DNA from: Tubiluchus corallicola
Taxonomy: Eukaryota > Animalia > Priapulida
Reading direction: 5' to 3'
Length of the DNA stretch: 64,000 nt
Assembly (NCBI GenBank): GCA_030141605.1
Contig: JAQGDQ010000960.1
Coordinates: 1-64,000 of the forward strand
Shown here: in pieces, positions 1 to 12,214 of the stretch
Layout: every line of letters starts with the position of its first letter
How positions within the stretch are numbered: the first letter of the stretch is position 1
Program-made: the position numbers and the translations under genes
The notes under the pieces: generated by a model
The model's input: the letters and a program-made list of their open reading frames with translations, nothing else
What the model was told of the DNA's origin: nothing
Database searches by the model: none

Positions 1-302
1 GGGCAGGATTTTGACTTTGGGGCCCATAGGCTAATGAAATTATGGGACCCTTTTTTAATCTCAAACAAGGGTCACTTTTTAAAATTGGGTTTTTAGACGC
101 ACGGGCCTCCTTTTTTAAAGTTGAAATTTTATTTTAAGTTAAATAAATTATTGAGCATTGCAAAATATTAAAATATTATACTTATTTTTCAAAAAAAGAT
201 TATAGATGAAAATGTTTTAGCAAGGTCCTCAATGTTTGGGCTTCCAAGTTGGATTGACCCTAGGCTGCAGCCTATACCAGCCTATAGGGTAATCCAACCC
301 TG
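1..302. mobile_element. hAT-like MITE, left end cut by the window edge
   Basis: GGGCAGGATT ... AATCCAACCCTG imperfect TIR and GGGCCC-type subterminal motifs. Confidence 0.55.
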
Positions 303-423
303 CTTCCATTCTATTTGTGTTTCATACAGGGATGCTGAAACACCTAACTTTGCCGTGTGTGATTTTTCCTACAGAGCAATACGTAACTAAATTCGGTAAT
401 GCTTCGTTCAGTTACGTATTGCT

Positions 424-1814
424 TGATATGATCATTGCATAGTACATTGTTCATCAAGTATTTAAAACACTTTTTCAACATAATCAATAAATGCCTTAAT
501 TACTTCTATATCATTACTTCTCATCAGGAATAAAAATTTATCAGCATCACTCATAAGGAAAAATTCTGGTTTAATTACATTGATGTGATTATATAATTTT
601 CCTCTAAGATCATTGTAATATAGACATTTTATAACAAAGTGTAATTCGTCTTCGAACTTCTCTTCGTCTTCGAAGGTCTGTAGTTCATTACAAACTAACA
701 CGTCTGAACTGAGAGGTACAGCACCTGTTTTCCTGCAATGCGTTTCCGAAATGCAGGTGCATAAAATTTGATAAAAATTCAATGTCACTCCCCCGTAATC
801 TCTTTTTGCTGTCAGCTGCATGGTCAGGAGACTCAGCGTCCTATTTAATGCGATTTGCTGACTAAAGCTTCTTAATTTTGTGTCTCCAATTAATAACAAA
901 AGCGTCTGTATACCTGTTTAACCACCTGTATCTTGAATGGGCAGGTGACTAATTCTTGGCTTATAATATTTGCAATAGATGTTTTAATGATGGAATCCCT
1001 TAATTAAGAGGCACTGCTAAGATTTTGTAATGATGGAATCCCTTAAGAAGCACTGCTAATCTCTTAAGAGTGGTTGGCACTTCGATAATAATCCGTTTGC
1101 AATCCCAGGGACAATTTATACGTGTGCAGTTTAATGAATTATCTAACATAAACAGTTATCTGTAGGATGGATGCTTCCTTGTCCTCCCACGCACTTATAC
1201 GTTCCTTTTTTTGAAGCAAAACCGGATCCCAATCTTAAACTTTAGATCAAAACAATCTACTCTTTAAAATATTGAAAGGAAATATTATTTATTTCTTCAA
1301 AAATGACTTACATGAAAGAATTATTACCACCCAAACACGATTTCACGTTCGCGCCACTAGTTCTTTGCCGTTACATGCATTTCGCCGGGAGTTACTTAGA
1401 CGGGCACTAGCGCCTGTATTTCGGAAATGCATTGCACAAAAAAACAGGCTCTGTACTTCTCTGTTCAGATCGTTCTTAAACGTATTTTTCAAATTTTTTC
1501 ACTTTAATCGTATTCAGTTTCCATTCTGTTTGGTTATCTGTTTGGTTACCTGTTTAGTTATCTGTTTAGTTATCTGTTTGGTTATCTGTTTGGTTATCTG
1601 CTTAGTTATCTATTTGGTTATCTGTTTACTTATCTGTTTAGTTATCTGTTTGGTTATCTGTTTGGTTATCTGTTTGGTTATCTGTTTGGTTATCTGTTTT
1701 AATCTCTTCCCATTTTTATTTATTTCATACAGCTCTGCTGTTTCTTTCCTTCCAGAAATTCAATTTCCAGTGTTGCTAAAAATACCTTTTTTGCATCTCT
1801 TTCTTCCACGGAGA
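424..1814. repeat. Inverted duplication 1, left arm (partner 4526-5912)
   Basis: Reverse complement of 4526-5912. The ORF track gives near-identical peptides on opposite strands (462..899- vs 5437..5901+; 1272..1886+ vs 4469..4975-). Composite of LINE tail, MITE-A pieces, unique DNA and a 12-bp tandem. Confidence 0.97.
1527..1700. repeat. 12-bp tandem (tgtttggttatc), mirrored at about 4641-4814
   Basis: Direct reading; source of the CLVI-repeat ORFs. Confidence 0.95.
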
Positions 1815-2028
1815 ATCAGAAAAAGTTCAATCAGAACAAACTGGAACAATCTGGCCCCTGTCCTGATAAACCGACCATCCCATTAAGTGTGCAAGTGAAA
1901 GAAATGAATGAGATGTAATGTTTTAAGTGCCACCTAACCGAATAATAATACATATGATTACAAACTAAACTACATTAGCAAACAGATACCGATTGTAAAA
2001 ACGGCATTTGTTATATACATCCCACTAC

Positions 2029-2159
2029 CTGATTTTTCTCGCAGTTCTGAGCTACATCACTAAACAGATTCAGCAGTGTTTGAAGGACTTCTCTATTTTC
2101 GTCCGGTAGTAAAATGACAGCTAGTTGTATGGCTTCATTACGGTGTTGTCTGGGCAAGC
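2029..2159 (-). CDS. DLC1: RhoGAP exon 6, GAP domain (not in the ORF track)
   Basis: Acceptor ctctatag| and donor CAG|GTAGTG. 131 nt: LPRQHRNEAIQLAVILLPDENREVLQTLLNLFSDVAQNCEKNQ. Confidence 0.95.
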
Positions 2160-2172
2160 CTATAGAGTTAAA

Positions 2173-3120
2173 GGAAAAGATATTGGGTTTATTTTACATT
2201 TACTACTTAAACTTAGAAAAATATAACAAAGATATAAAAAAATTGTTTACAGAGCGTATACTGTTAATTTTATAGAAATTTTTAGGTATAGTGGTAGCCG
2301 CCATTTTCTTGAAAACTGTGACGTAACTGCTGGACTTATTGGCTTTTCGTAAGTGTGCGCTGCTTTAACCAATTCAAACATCTGTAGCTTGTCTAACGTT
2401 CATGCAAAAATATCACAAATTTGCTTTCTAATTGTTTTGTTAAAACAATTTCTACTTGTTTTGCAAATTATTACAAAAGTATTACAGAATTAACTATGCA
2501 GTTTTTTTTTATAAAAACGTAATGTACTTTTCATGAAGCTTGACAGTGCGCTACTTTTCTTCAAAACGAGTGACGTCATCGGAAGAAGAATGGACATTGA
2601 AAATGGGAGCGTCCAAGCATGAAGTGATTGCGACTTTAAAGTGATTTTACTAATAACACCAGGCGCTTATCACACTTCTGTTACTGAATTTTTCGTGAAC
2701 ATTGAAACAAGGCTAACTTCCCAGAAAGCTTAATCTTTTTATTAACATAGTCATGAGTATACTTGTACAGAAACGAGAGCCTATGGGTGGAAAGCTTGTT
2801 AGTGAAGGCGTAGTAGACATTCTTACTGTGTGACTCATTTGCTGTTTCCTTGGATAAAATAATGCCTTGCACCCAAAGATGTTTGTTGTTTGAGTTTCTA
2901 ACCCGTGATTTAAAGTACTGTACATAAGAGCGGAGTCAAGCAGGGTTGTGTTCTTGCGCCAACCTTATTTTCCTTCTTACTCAGACATGCCTTCAATAAT
3001 ATTCCACAAGGCATTTTTTACATACTAGATTGCGCTTATTGCAGATTAATTACTAAATCCTTCTAACAGTTTTCGTGAACATTAAATAAACCTAACTTCC
3101 CATAAGGCTTGACCTTTACT
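2173..3120 (+). mobile_element. MITE family D (Kolobok-like) with duplicated right end and internal insert
   Basis: TTAA|AGGAAAAG ... CCTTTACT|TTAA. Homologous in inverted orientation to 61810-62320. Confidence 0.7.
2925..3030 (+). mobile_element. RTE-like RT fragment
   Basis: Translates SGVKQGCVLAPTLF, the RT QG motif. Confidence 0.6.
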
Positions 3121-3750
3121 TTAAAAAACGTTACTTTTGACACTTCTTTTACGACGTTAAAAAGCAGGGGACAAAATTAAGTGCTTTTTAAAATACCATA
3201 GAGCAGAGAATTTGTAGTTAATTTCTATATAAATTAACTAGTAAGACTAGAAACTAGAAAGACATTGTCACTTATTTTTGCTTAGCACGTCCAAAAACTA
3301 AATATTTTATGCTTGGTTTTGTCATTAAGCCCGTAAAAATTAAAAAGTGTTGATTTATATGGTTGCGTTGTATTGGAAAAAGTAATTGAAGTGTCAGGAA
3401 AGCATATTTTGAACAGTTCTTACAATGCAAGTTTATTAAGCAAAAACAAAATTTAACTGATAAATTATTTTTTTGCTTATTTAGAAAATTCAAACTTTTT
3501 TAACTAGACAGCATTAAAATCTCCAAATTTTGCATGTCTTTATTGATTTTGAAGGTCTATATAATCCCAACAGACAACGAAGATTTTTGACACATCATTA
3601 TGATCACAATGATGATCATTATGATCATTATGATCACATCCTTATGATCACACAAAGCACTCTTGCAATAATAATGAGTTGGTCAAAGCAAGACCTGCGA
3701 AGAAATACGGGCAATATTTAATAATGGAAAAGATTCATACGAAAACTTAC

Positions 3751-3876
3751 TTGATATGATACTGATGAACGTATCCAATAACTTGCTAGTTAGCAGTCCA
3801 TCGGGCAGCTCTCTGAAGTACAGTTTCACCATGTCAGCTATGTCGTATACTTGAAAACTTTCAAAGTTCGACATGT
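3751..3876 (-). CDS. DLC1: RhoGAP exon 5, GAP domain
   Basis: Acceptor tttttcag| and donor CAA|GTAAGT. 126 nt: DMSNFESFQVYDIADMVKLYFRELPDGLLTSKLLDTFISIIS. Confidence 0.95.
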
Positions 3877-4525
3877 CTGAAAAATGAACAATAAGACAGT
3901 TAGTGATACTGGCAAAAATAATGACATTTTTCAAGTTTCATTGTAAAATACCAGGCGACGTAATACAACTCAAATTACTAAACTGATGCGGCAGACGGCT
4001 TTAAGACGCCTTACAAAAACGTGTTATCATAAAGCAAGTTTCATTATAAAATACCAGGCGAAATGAGCAGGGCTCGCCCCGATTGTGATTTGATGAATTT
4101 TGGGGCAGTTTAGCCCTTTCACAGTTTCAGCGATTGGTGATGATCGTGAAAAGGTCAAAGGTGACATTTACCAGACAAAACATTTGTGTACACTTGACAA
4201 CGCTTCGCAACACATGCTATTGTAATAGTAACAGTTTTAACAGCTAAAACCTTACCTAGTTCATTTTTTGTTGTTCTCAAGAAAGGTCCTGCTAGTAAAT
4301 CACTCTATGTACAGACTAATGCATAGCTAAGTAAAACTGAAATTACTGAACTGATGCGACAGACGGCCTTAAGAAGCGTTACAAAAACGTGTTCTGATAA
4401 AGCAAGTAAAGGTTAAACCAAAAGAGTTCAACAAGTTATTGGGAAACTGTAATGATATTAAGCTTTTGTCACATTAAGACGAAGAATGCATAATAAGCAT
4501 TTAATGTCATTGCGAATGCTGTGGA

Positions 4526-5912
4526 TCTCCGAGGAAGAAAGAGATGCAAAAAAGGTATTTTTAGCAACACTGGAAATTGAATTTCTGGAAGGAAAGAAAC
4601 AGCAGAGCTGTATGAAATAAATAAAAATGGGAAGAGATTAAAACAGATAACCAAACAGATAACCAAACAGATAACCAAACAGATAACCAAACAGATAACT
4701 AAACAGATAAGTAAACAGATAACCAAATAGACAACTAAGCAGATAACCAAACAGATAACCAAACAGATAACTAAACAGATAACTAAACAGGTAACCAAAC
4801 AGATAACCAAACAGAATGGAAACTGAATACGATTAAAGTGAAAAAAATTGAAAAATACGTTTAAGAACGATCTGAACAGAGAAGTACAGAGCCTGTTTTT
4901 TTGTGCAATGCATTTCCGAAATACAGGCGCTAGTGCCCGTCTAAGTAACTCACGGCGAAATGCATGTAACGGCAAAGAACTAGTGGCGCGAACGTGAAAT
5001 CGTGTTTGGGTGGTAATAATTCTTTCATGTAAGTCATTTTTGAAGAAATAGTATTTCCTTTCAATATTTTAAAGAGTAGATTGTTTTGATATAAAGTTTA
5101 AGATTGGGATCCGGTTTTGCTTCAAAAAAAGGAACGTATAAGTGCGTGGGAGGACAAGGAAGCATCCATCCTACAGATAACTGTTTATGTTAGATAATTC
5201 ATTAAACTGCACACGTATAAATTGTCCCTGGGATTGCAAACGGATTATTATCGAAGTGCCAACCACTCTTAAGAGATTAGCAGTGCTTCTTAAGGGATTC
5301 CATCATTACAAAATCTTAGCAGTGCCTCTTAATTAAGGGATTCCATCATTAAAACATCTATTGCAAATATTATAAGCCAAGAATTAGTCACCTGCCCATT
5401 CAAGATACAGGTGGTTAAACAGGTATACAGACGCTTTTGTTATTAATTGGAGACACAAAATTAAGAAGCTTTAGTCAGCAAATCGCATTAAATAGGACGC
5501 TGAGTCTCCTGACCATGCAGCTGACAGCAAAAAGAGATTACGGGGGAGTGACATTGAATTTTTATCAAATTTTATGCACCTGCATTTCGGAAACGCATTG
5601 CAGGAAAACAGGTGCTGTACCTCTCAGTTCAGACGTGTTAGTTTGTAATGAACTACAGACCTTCGAAGACGAAGAGAAGTTCGAAGACGAATTACACTTT
5701 GTTATAAAATGTCCATATTACAATGATCTTAGAAAAAAATTATGTAATCACATCAATGTAATTAAACCAGAATTTTTCCTTATGAGCGATGCGGATAAAT
5801 TTTTGCTCTTGATGGGAAGTAACGATTTAGAAGTAATTAAGGCATTTATTGATTATGTTGAAAAAGCGTTTTTAAGACATGATGAACAATATACTATGTA
5901 ATGATCATATCA
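4526..5912. repeat. Inverted duplication 1, right arm
   Basis: Near-identical reverse complement of 424-1814. Confidence 0.97.
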
Positions 5913-6200
5913 TTGAAAATGAGGCCTAATGAATGAAAACTTAAATACTAATCATTAAACCTTTCATTAAATAACTAACACAACTAACAGGAAGACTTAA
6001 CAATGTCTGATGTATTAGTAATTGCTTTGTTTGTTTAATTATAGTTTCACTATATTTCACAATTGAAATTGTATATATGTCTTGTTTTTTGTATACTCCA
6101 AAATTGTATGTATGTCTTGTATGTATTTTCGACACTAATAAATAAATATCTAAAATATCTAAGTTCTTGTAAATTGGCAGCATGTAAAATTAAGAGCCTA
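5650..6200 (+). mobile_element. LINE 3' end (Cys/His zinc-binding tail); inverted copy at 424-690
   Basis: EDELHFVIKCPYYNDLR motif typical of LINE ORF2 C-termini, followed by an AT-rich 3' UTR. Confidence 0.65.
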
Positions 6201-6748
6201 GTGCGTCAGTAAAACGCGAAAACGTTTTTTAAACTCGGTGAATAGAGGAGAAATGGAAAAGTAGGTGTCTGCTTCCCAATAACTAGGAAATAACTAGGAG
6301 AAACAACACGGTCTGACACATGCCGTTGAACAAGATTCCGAAGAGGAACACGAAAAATAGAAATCTATCATAAACTCTACATATCCTCTAGATATGCTCT
6401 TCCATAAGCGAATTTTAAAGCACAATTGTAACATATATTTATCTGTTAATCCAGTTCTTTGCTCATTGGCTGTGTTAAATAACTATACTAGTACAAGTAT
6501 TCTGGGCAGAAACCGTATTAGAGTACACTTGAGCCACCATACTAATGCTTTCAGACCTGTCGACATAATAGCGTACATTCTGTTCTGAACTTTGCATAAT
6601 GAATATGTAATTGAAGGTTTCACAGTTAATGATATTAATGAAATGTTGTATTCGCTACTGACAACATAATGTATATGCCAATGTAAACAGCACTACTTAC
6701 CCTATTATATATTACATGTAATGAAATCATTACGTGTGAATAAAGGTG

Positions 6749-6833
6749 ATATATATATGTGTGTGTGTGTGTGTAGATAGATAGATGGATAGATGGATAG
6801 ATGGAGAGGGAGAGGGAGTGGGAGAGGGAGAGG

Positions 6834-6867
<34 letters not shown>

Positions 6868-6881
6868 CAGATAGATAGATA
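6749..6881. repeat. Compound microsatellite (AT)/(GT)/(GATA)/(GA)
   Basis: Direct reading. Confidence 0.95.
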
Positions 6882-7012
6882 TGTAATATGGGGACGCCCT
6901 CGTGCAGGACGTTGCGTCATCGACAACTGTAGCTGTGTCCACAACAGTAACGAAGACGACAACGCGTGACAACACTGACCACTTGGGCTCCACTCTAGGA
7001 ATGGATCCCATA

Positions 7013-7436
7013 AGCCTTTTCACGGTTTCGCCGTGTACAGGCGCAGTTGCTGTAGGTCAAAGGTCAAGTGTACCACAGCAACGCTTCTTAACTACAACCG
7101 TGGCGTGACGTGTGGGTTAAGCAAAACCGTATGCCGCATCAGTTCAGTAACTTCAGTTGTTTTACGTGGACGTTACTTAATTATGCATTAGTCAGTGCGT
7201 AAAGCGATTAACTGGCAGGATCTTGATTGAGAACAAGAAAAAATGAACTAGGTAAGGTTCTAGCTAGCTGTAAAAACAGTTACTATTACAACAGCATGGA
7301 CTTGCAAGACGTTGTCAAGTGTACACAAATGAACTAGGTTTTGTTCTAGCTAGATGTTAAAACTTTTACTATTACAACAGCTTGGGCCTTTGACCTTTTC
7401 ACGATCATCAGCAATCACTGGAACTTTGAAAAGGCT
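7013..7436. mobile_element. MITE family C (TIR AGCCTTTTCACAGTTTC, usually TA-flanked; superfamily uncertain)
   Basis: Terminal inverted repeats plus inverted subterminal AGGTCAAAGGT motifs. At least 8 copies in the window. Confidence 0.85.
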
Positions 7437-7496
7437 TTCTAGCTTTCACAATCAATTAATGAAAAAGACGATTGAGTAATTGAGATTCGAACTTAC

Positions 7497-7682
7497 CAGG
7501 GTCGGTTTCAGCTTGCGTGCGAAGTTGAGCAACACGTGATTTTGATCCAGGTTTACGAAACAAACCAACCGTTTCTAGGGCAGTATGTTGAAGGTATTTA
7601 ATGGCGCACATTATGCATCGAGGCAGAGGCAGGCCCGTCCTTTGCAAAATCAACACCAGTGGCACTCCAAAAACTTTCTTGT
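7497..7682 (-). CDS. DLC1: RhoGAP exon 4, start of GAP domain with arginine finger
   Basis: Acceptor ttgcag| and donor CTG|GTAAGT. 186 nt: DKKVFGVPLVLILQRTGLPLPRCIMCAIKYLQHTALETVGLFRKPGSKSRVAQLRTQAETDP. Confidence 0.95.
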
Positions 7683-8092
7683 CTGCAACAATGAAATATT
7701 TTTTAATTATCGCTTACTAGTGTGCTTACCTGTTTCTTTGTTGGTTGTTTGGTTGGTTTGCTGGTGGTTGGTTAGCCGATTGCCTGGTGGTTGTTGGTTA
7801 GTTTGTCTGTTGGTTTGTTTGTTTGGTTGTTTTTTTATTGGTAGAGAGGTAATATGGTCTCATTTATAACTAGATAGGCAAGCTAGCTAGCTAATCAGAA
7901 AGCTAGTCGGCTTGCCAGTCAGCTAATAACTTGCCAATCGTTAGGCACTTAGCCAGCTAGCTACCCAGCCTGCTTAGTCTACGCAAGTGGCGCCGCCAAT
8001 AAATTACTAGCAATCGTTTAGTTTGCCAACTACCCAACAGGCGGCCTGCCAACGATCGACAATCAATCTTGATAGCTAACCAAAAACAAGAA

Positions 8093-8367
8093 GTTATTAG
8101 TACCTTTATAGTCTGGTGAACATGTTATTAGTACCTTGATAGTCTGGTGAATATATTATTAGTACCTTTATAGTCTGGTGAACATGTTTATAGTACCTTT
8201 ATAGACTGGTAAACATGTTACTAGTACCTTTACAGTCTGGTGAACATGTTACTAGTACCTTTATAGTCTGGCGAACGTGTTATTAGTACCTTTACAGTCT
8301 GGTGAACATGTTATCAGTACCTTTATAGTCTGGTGAACGTGCTTTTAGTACCTTTATAGTCTGGTGA
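8093..8367. repeat. 31-bp minisatellite, 9 copies, spanning the RhoGAP exon 3 donor
   Basis: Unit agtacctttatagtctggtgaacatgttatt. Confidence 0.95.
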
Positions 8368-8560
8368 TCGAATTTTTTTGATAAATTTCGGCAGCATCCA
8401 GTTCCAGGTTGATTTAGTTAATGGTGAGAAACGTCCTATGAGTGTTGCCAGTCTGAGCAAAGCAAACTTTCTCAGAACCATCAACTGACCAGCGTTGAGA
8501 TTTGTAATCTGTAGCAACGTGGGATCGAAGCTTGTGCCACAGTGATCTTCGTGGTTTTCC
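8352..8560 (-). CDS. DLC1: RhoGAP exon 3, DLC-family pre-GAP conserved region
   Basis: Acceptor tttacag|. Encodes ...LQITNLNAGQLMVLRKFALLRLATLIGRFSPLTKSTWNWMLPKFIKKIRSPDYK. Donor AAG|GTACT. Confidence 0.92.
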
Positions 8561-8954
8561 CTGTAAACGATTGAAATTCATTCAGTTGTAAAATTAAAGT
8601 TTGCTACTAAAAGCGTTTATTTTATTTTGTTTGTTTGGTTGGTTGACCGGTTGGTTGATTGGTGGGTTGGTTGGTTGGTTGGTGGGTTGGTTGGTTGGCT
8701 GGTTGTTTACGAGCCATTTGTTTTTTGTTTCTTTTCGAATATCTTAAATTTTAAATTTATATTTTTGCTACAAAATGGAGTAAAAGAAGCTATGTACTAT
8801 TGAACTTTGGTTTAGTTATTAATAGTTTAAATACCAATTTACCAGGCAGTGACCTCAATCATCTAAAACAAACTCTTTTATTAAACATTTAAAAAGTGAT
8901 TGCTTTTAGAGAGACGTAAGTGTTAAGGGTGTTTACACGAGAGACTGCTCATTG

Positions 8955-9220
8955 GCTGTTTAGTTGTGACTTATGTTACTCGAGGAGGTACGGTCGTTAA
9001 GAGAGATGCAGGTAATAAAATTTAAATTTGTTTACCTACAACAACTTTGCTGTTTAACTGACGTAAAGTACTCCAGGAGGTAGGGTCTTTAAGAGGAGCG
9101 CAGGTAATATAATTTAAATTGTTTATCTAAAATTAATTAGCTGTTTAGTTGTGACGTAAGTTCCTCCAGGAGGTAGGGTCGTTAAGAGGAACGCAGGCAA
9201 AATATAATTAAATTGTTTAC
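8955..9220. repeat. Diverged tandem repeat of about 90 bp, 3 copies
   Basis: gctgtttagttgtgac...ggaggtagggtcgttaagag...gcaggtaa recurs three times. Confidence 0.8.
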
Positions 9221-10174
9221 TTCGAATTTTTTCTTAGCGATAATTACACTTAAGATAACGCAATTAGTGTCAAGTGATTAGTGGTAATTTGGAATGAGCT
9301 CATTTAGGTAGCAGGTTAGCTAGACGGAGGCGAAGCTCGTTGAAGTTTAATGAGTCATAAATGAGTTTGCATAAATATTGTTTACACTGACAATCCCACT
9401 AGGTTGCCAGTCTATTTTTGGACACCCGGTTGCCCGAAATTCCTAATTTTAGTTCTGCTTGCGTTGGTGTTTTAGCTGTTAAAGTTTAATGATCAAATTA
9501 AAATTTGATGCCCATGAAATTAGACATTTATTAAATTCACAGCCACCAATAACTGGAATAAGTGCCCAAGTAAAAAACACAAAACTATTTATAGTTTCAA
9601 AAAGTACTTGAAAAGGACCATTTTTGATTTATACTTATAATACAATTTTAATGGATATGGCCTCCAATCAATTATAATGCTATTTTAATATACCTCTATG
9701 TAAATTAAACATACACTGTGGGTCGTTTCTTCTCCTCTTTTCCTTCTTCCTATCCCTAATCTACTATTTTTTTCCATTCCATCATGTCTTCTAACCCTAA
9801 CCATTCTTTCATTCACTCATTTCTGCCACCTTAACAAGCCAAGCTTTCAAGGTGTCATACAGCAACTCTTTTATTTGGTTAATTTGACTTCATCAACGTT
9901 TTTTTACCTATACTGTTTCTTTTTGTTTCAATAATATTGTATGTTCATGTATTGTATATGTATTACTGGAGTGAAATAAATTGATTGATTGATTGATTGT
10001 TTGATCATTTTAGTCATTTTAGATGATGCCCATGAAAATAGGAACTTCAGTCTTTTAAGTGACGCAGAACTGTACGATATACTTAAATGTATAACCACTG
10101 TCTGATTTTTATGTACTGTTCCATTGGAATTGTTGTATCAATTTTTCTCTTTGTATGTTGCGTGAGAGTGTTAT

Positions 10175-10840
10175 ATAGGTTTTACATGTCAAATGTAGAC
10201 CTGCGTTAATTCAAATGTAGATTAAGGCAATTCAAATGTGTCTTGGTAACTCAAATGTAGATTTAGGTAATTCAAAAATGTCTTGGTAACTCAAATGTAG
10301 ACTTAGGTAGTTCAAATGTGTTAACAATGGTTTTCAAGAAATCTTAAGCACTTTTGGTAAGTGAAATGTAGACACATGTCAAGTCTAATGTGACATTGGT
10401 ATCTCAAATGTGGATAGGTGGCAAAGTTTAAGGAAGTAAAATTTAATCTCCTTTAATCTTATTTTAATAATTGCTGCTTAAATAATAACTTTATAGGGCT
10501 ACTAATAGTTCACTAATATTCTGTAAACTTTACATACCGTTGAAATTGTTAGAGAAAACAATACATTCTTAAAATAAACAATGTTTCTTGAGAGAAACTA
10601 ATTCATTAATGCACTGCTAATGCATTACTTAAAAAACTAATTAGTGATTCACTGTTGATTGGGATAAACAACACATTTTTCAAAGTTACGAAAGAGGTGA
10701 TGACTATCTTTGGTTTACTTTTTGTAATTTGCACTTAATTGAGTCAATTACCTATTTATTCAAGGCAATGCATCTACATTTGAGTTACCTAAGTCACATT
10801 TGAACTTTCCTGTGTCTACATTTGACGTGTAAAACCTATA
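10175..10840. mobile_element. Non-autonomous DNA transposon with 27-bp TIR and subterminal TCAAATGTAG repeats
   Basis: TATAGGTTTTACATGTCAAATGTAGAC ... GTCTACATTTGACGTGTAAAACCTATA. Confidence 0.85.
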
Positions 10841-11730
10841 ATAAGGCTCACGGTGCGTTCCTTTTTTGTCAATTCCATCAACATGTATTGCTTGGACAAA
10901 ATATACGAATAAATGGTAAATAAATTTTAGTCTGCTGTTCCGCTAACTATGTAATTGGTTGCATTTTTGTCTAGTTTTTCGAGATTATACAATTAGACTG
11001 GTAAACACGGATGTTTTGATTGCTGAAGGAAACCTTTTATAATTGCCATTGTGGTCAATTGCAATTTCACAAAGCCACTATTCTAACTTCAGCTTAAATG
11101 TAGTTCACAGCAAGCTTTTGTTGATTTGCTGATACGTTCATTTGTTAAATCTTGGTGCTACTATGTTGATTTAAGCTGCAAATTCAAATTCACCTTAACT
11201 AGCTAACCAGTTTAGTGTAATTATTCAGTTTGACACTAATTTTGAATCAAACTTTTCAATGCGTAGTATCAAAATTAGTTGTGTTACACTAATTTTTCAC
11301 ACTGACTAATTTCATAGATTTTTTTTCATTCTTATATGAAGTTTATTTTCAACGAAATTATAAAAGACTATTTCAGAAATCGGAAAAATATAAAAACGAA
11401 TTATTTACCAGTGGCGACTGCAACTGATTCATGAATTATGAGAATGTCACTTTCAAATTATTTATGTACAACACATATCTTGAGTTAACTTAATTAACTA
11501 ATTAATTTCACTAATAGAGTAACTCCTCACTTAATGACGCAAGTGCATTCCAGCAAAATGCGACGTTAAGTGAAACGTCGTTAAATGGGGACTTATTATA
11601 TTACAGAAATTTAAGTGCAAAATGTATAAAGTACTTCATTAACAACTTCTTTCCTCTTGTTCATTGTCATCAAGACTTTTTGTTTCAGAAACGAACAATA
11701 TATACATAAACATTTAATAAAAGATAAATC

Positions 11731-12094
11731 CAGTGGCGTTGCTAGGAGTGAGGGGAGGAGCAACTACTCTCACTTCAATAATTTTTTTATTTGTACAATT
11801 TCAACAATTTTAGTTCCTTTGTGATACATTTTCATGCTGATGCTTCATTTCTTACGTTTGAAATTAAAATAGTTTTAATAACACGCGTTTTGTAATACTT
11901 TAAGATTTACGATTAAACTGTAGAGCTTTTTATCGTTTTTAATTTTTAATACAAAATAACAATTACGTACTTTCTTTAAAACTGTATATTCCTCGTCTTT
12001 CGATTTTAAATGCACGTTAAAAATTATTTGGTATGTGTCTGCTGTCTCTACGCCTCTTTTATGTGCTTGCTCCCCTAACCTGGCTACGCCCCTG
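11731..12094. mobile_element. hAT-like MITE
   Basis: TIR CAGTGGCGTTGCTAGG / CCTGGCTACGCCCCTG; decayed 8-bp TSD (5/8). Confidence 0.7.
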
Positions 12095-12135
12095 GATGCA
12101 CCTAACGAGTTAACAAATAACACAAACTGGCTTAC

Positions 12136-12214
12136 CTGCAGGGATCTGTATTCGAGTCTTTCTCAACATTGCCATCTTTATGAGCAGATATGCCATCTAT
12201 GAGAAAGTCAGCAT
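12136..12214 (-). CDS. DLC1: RhoGAP exon 2 (DADFLIDGISAHKDGNVEKDSNTDPCR)
   Basis: Acceptor ctttacag| and donor CAG|GTAAGC. 79 nt, phase 1 to 2, matching both neighbours. Confidence 0.7.

Noticed and set aside
462-899. 145-aa ORF and its mirror 5437..5901
   Set aside because: Chimera of unique DNA, a MITE-A fragment and a LINE zinc-binding tail inside an inverted duplication.
1272-1886. 204-aa ORF with CLVI repeats (and mirror 4469..4975) resembling a membrane protein
   Set aside because: Made of MITE-A sequence plus a 12-bp tandem repeat; no splice or homology support.
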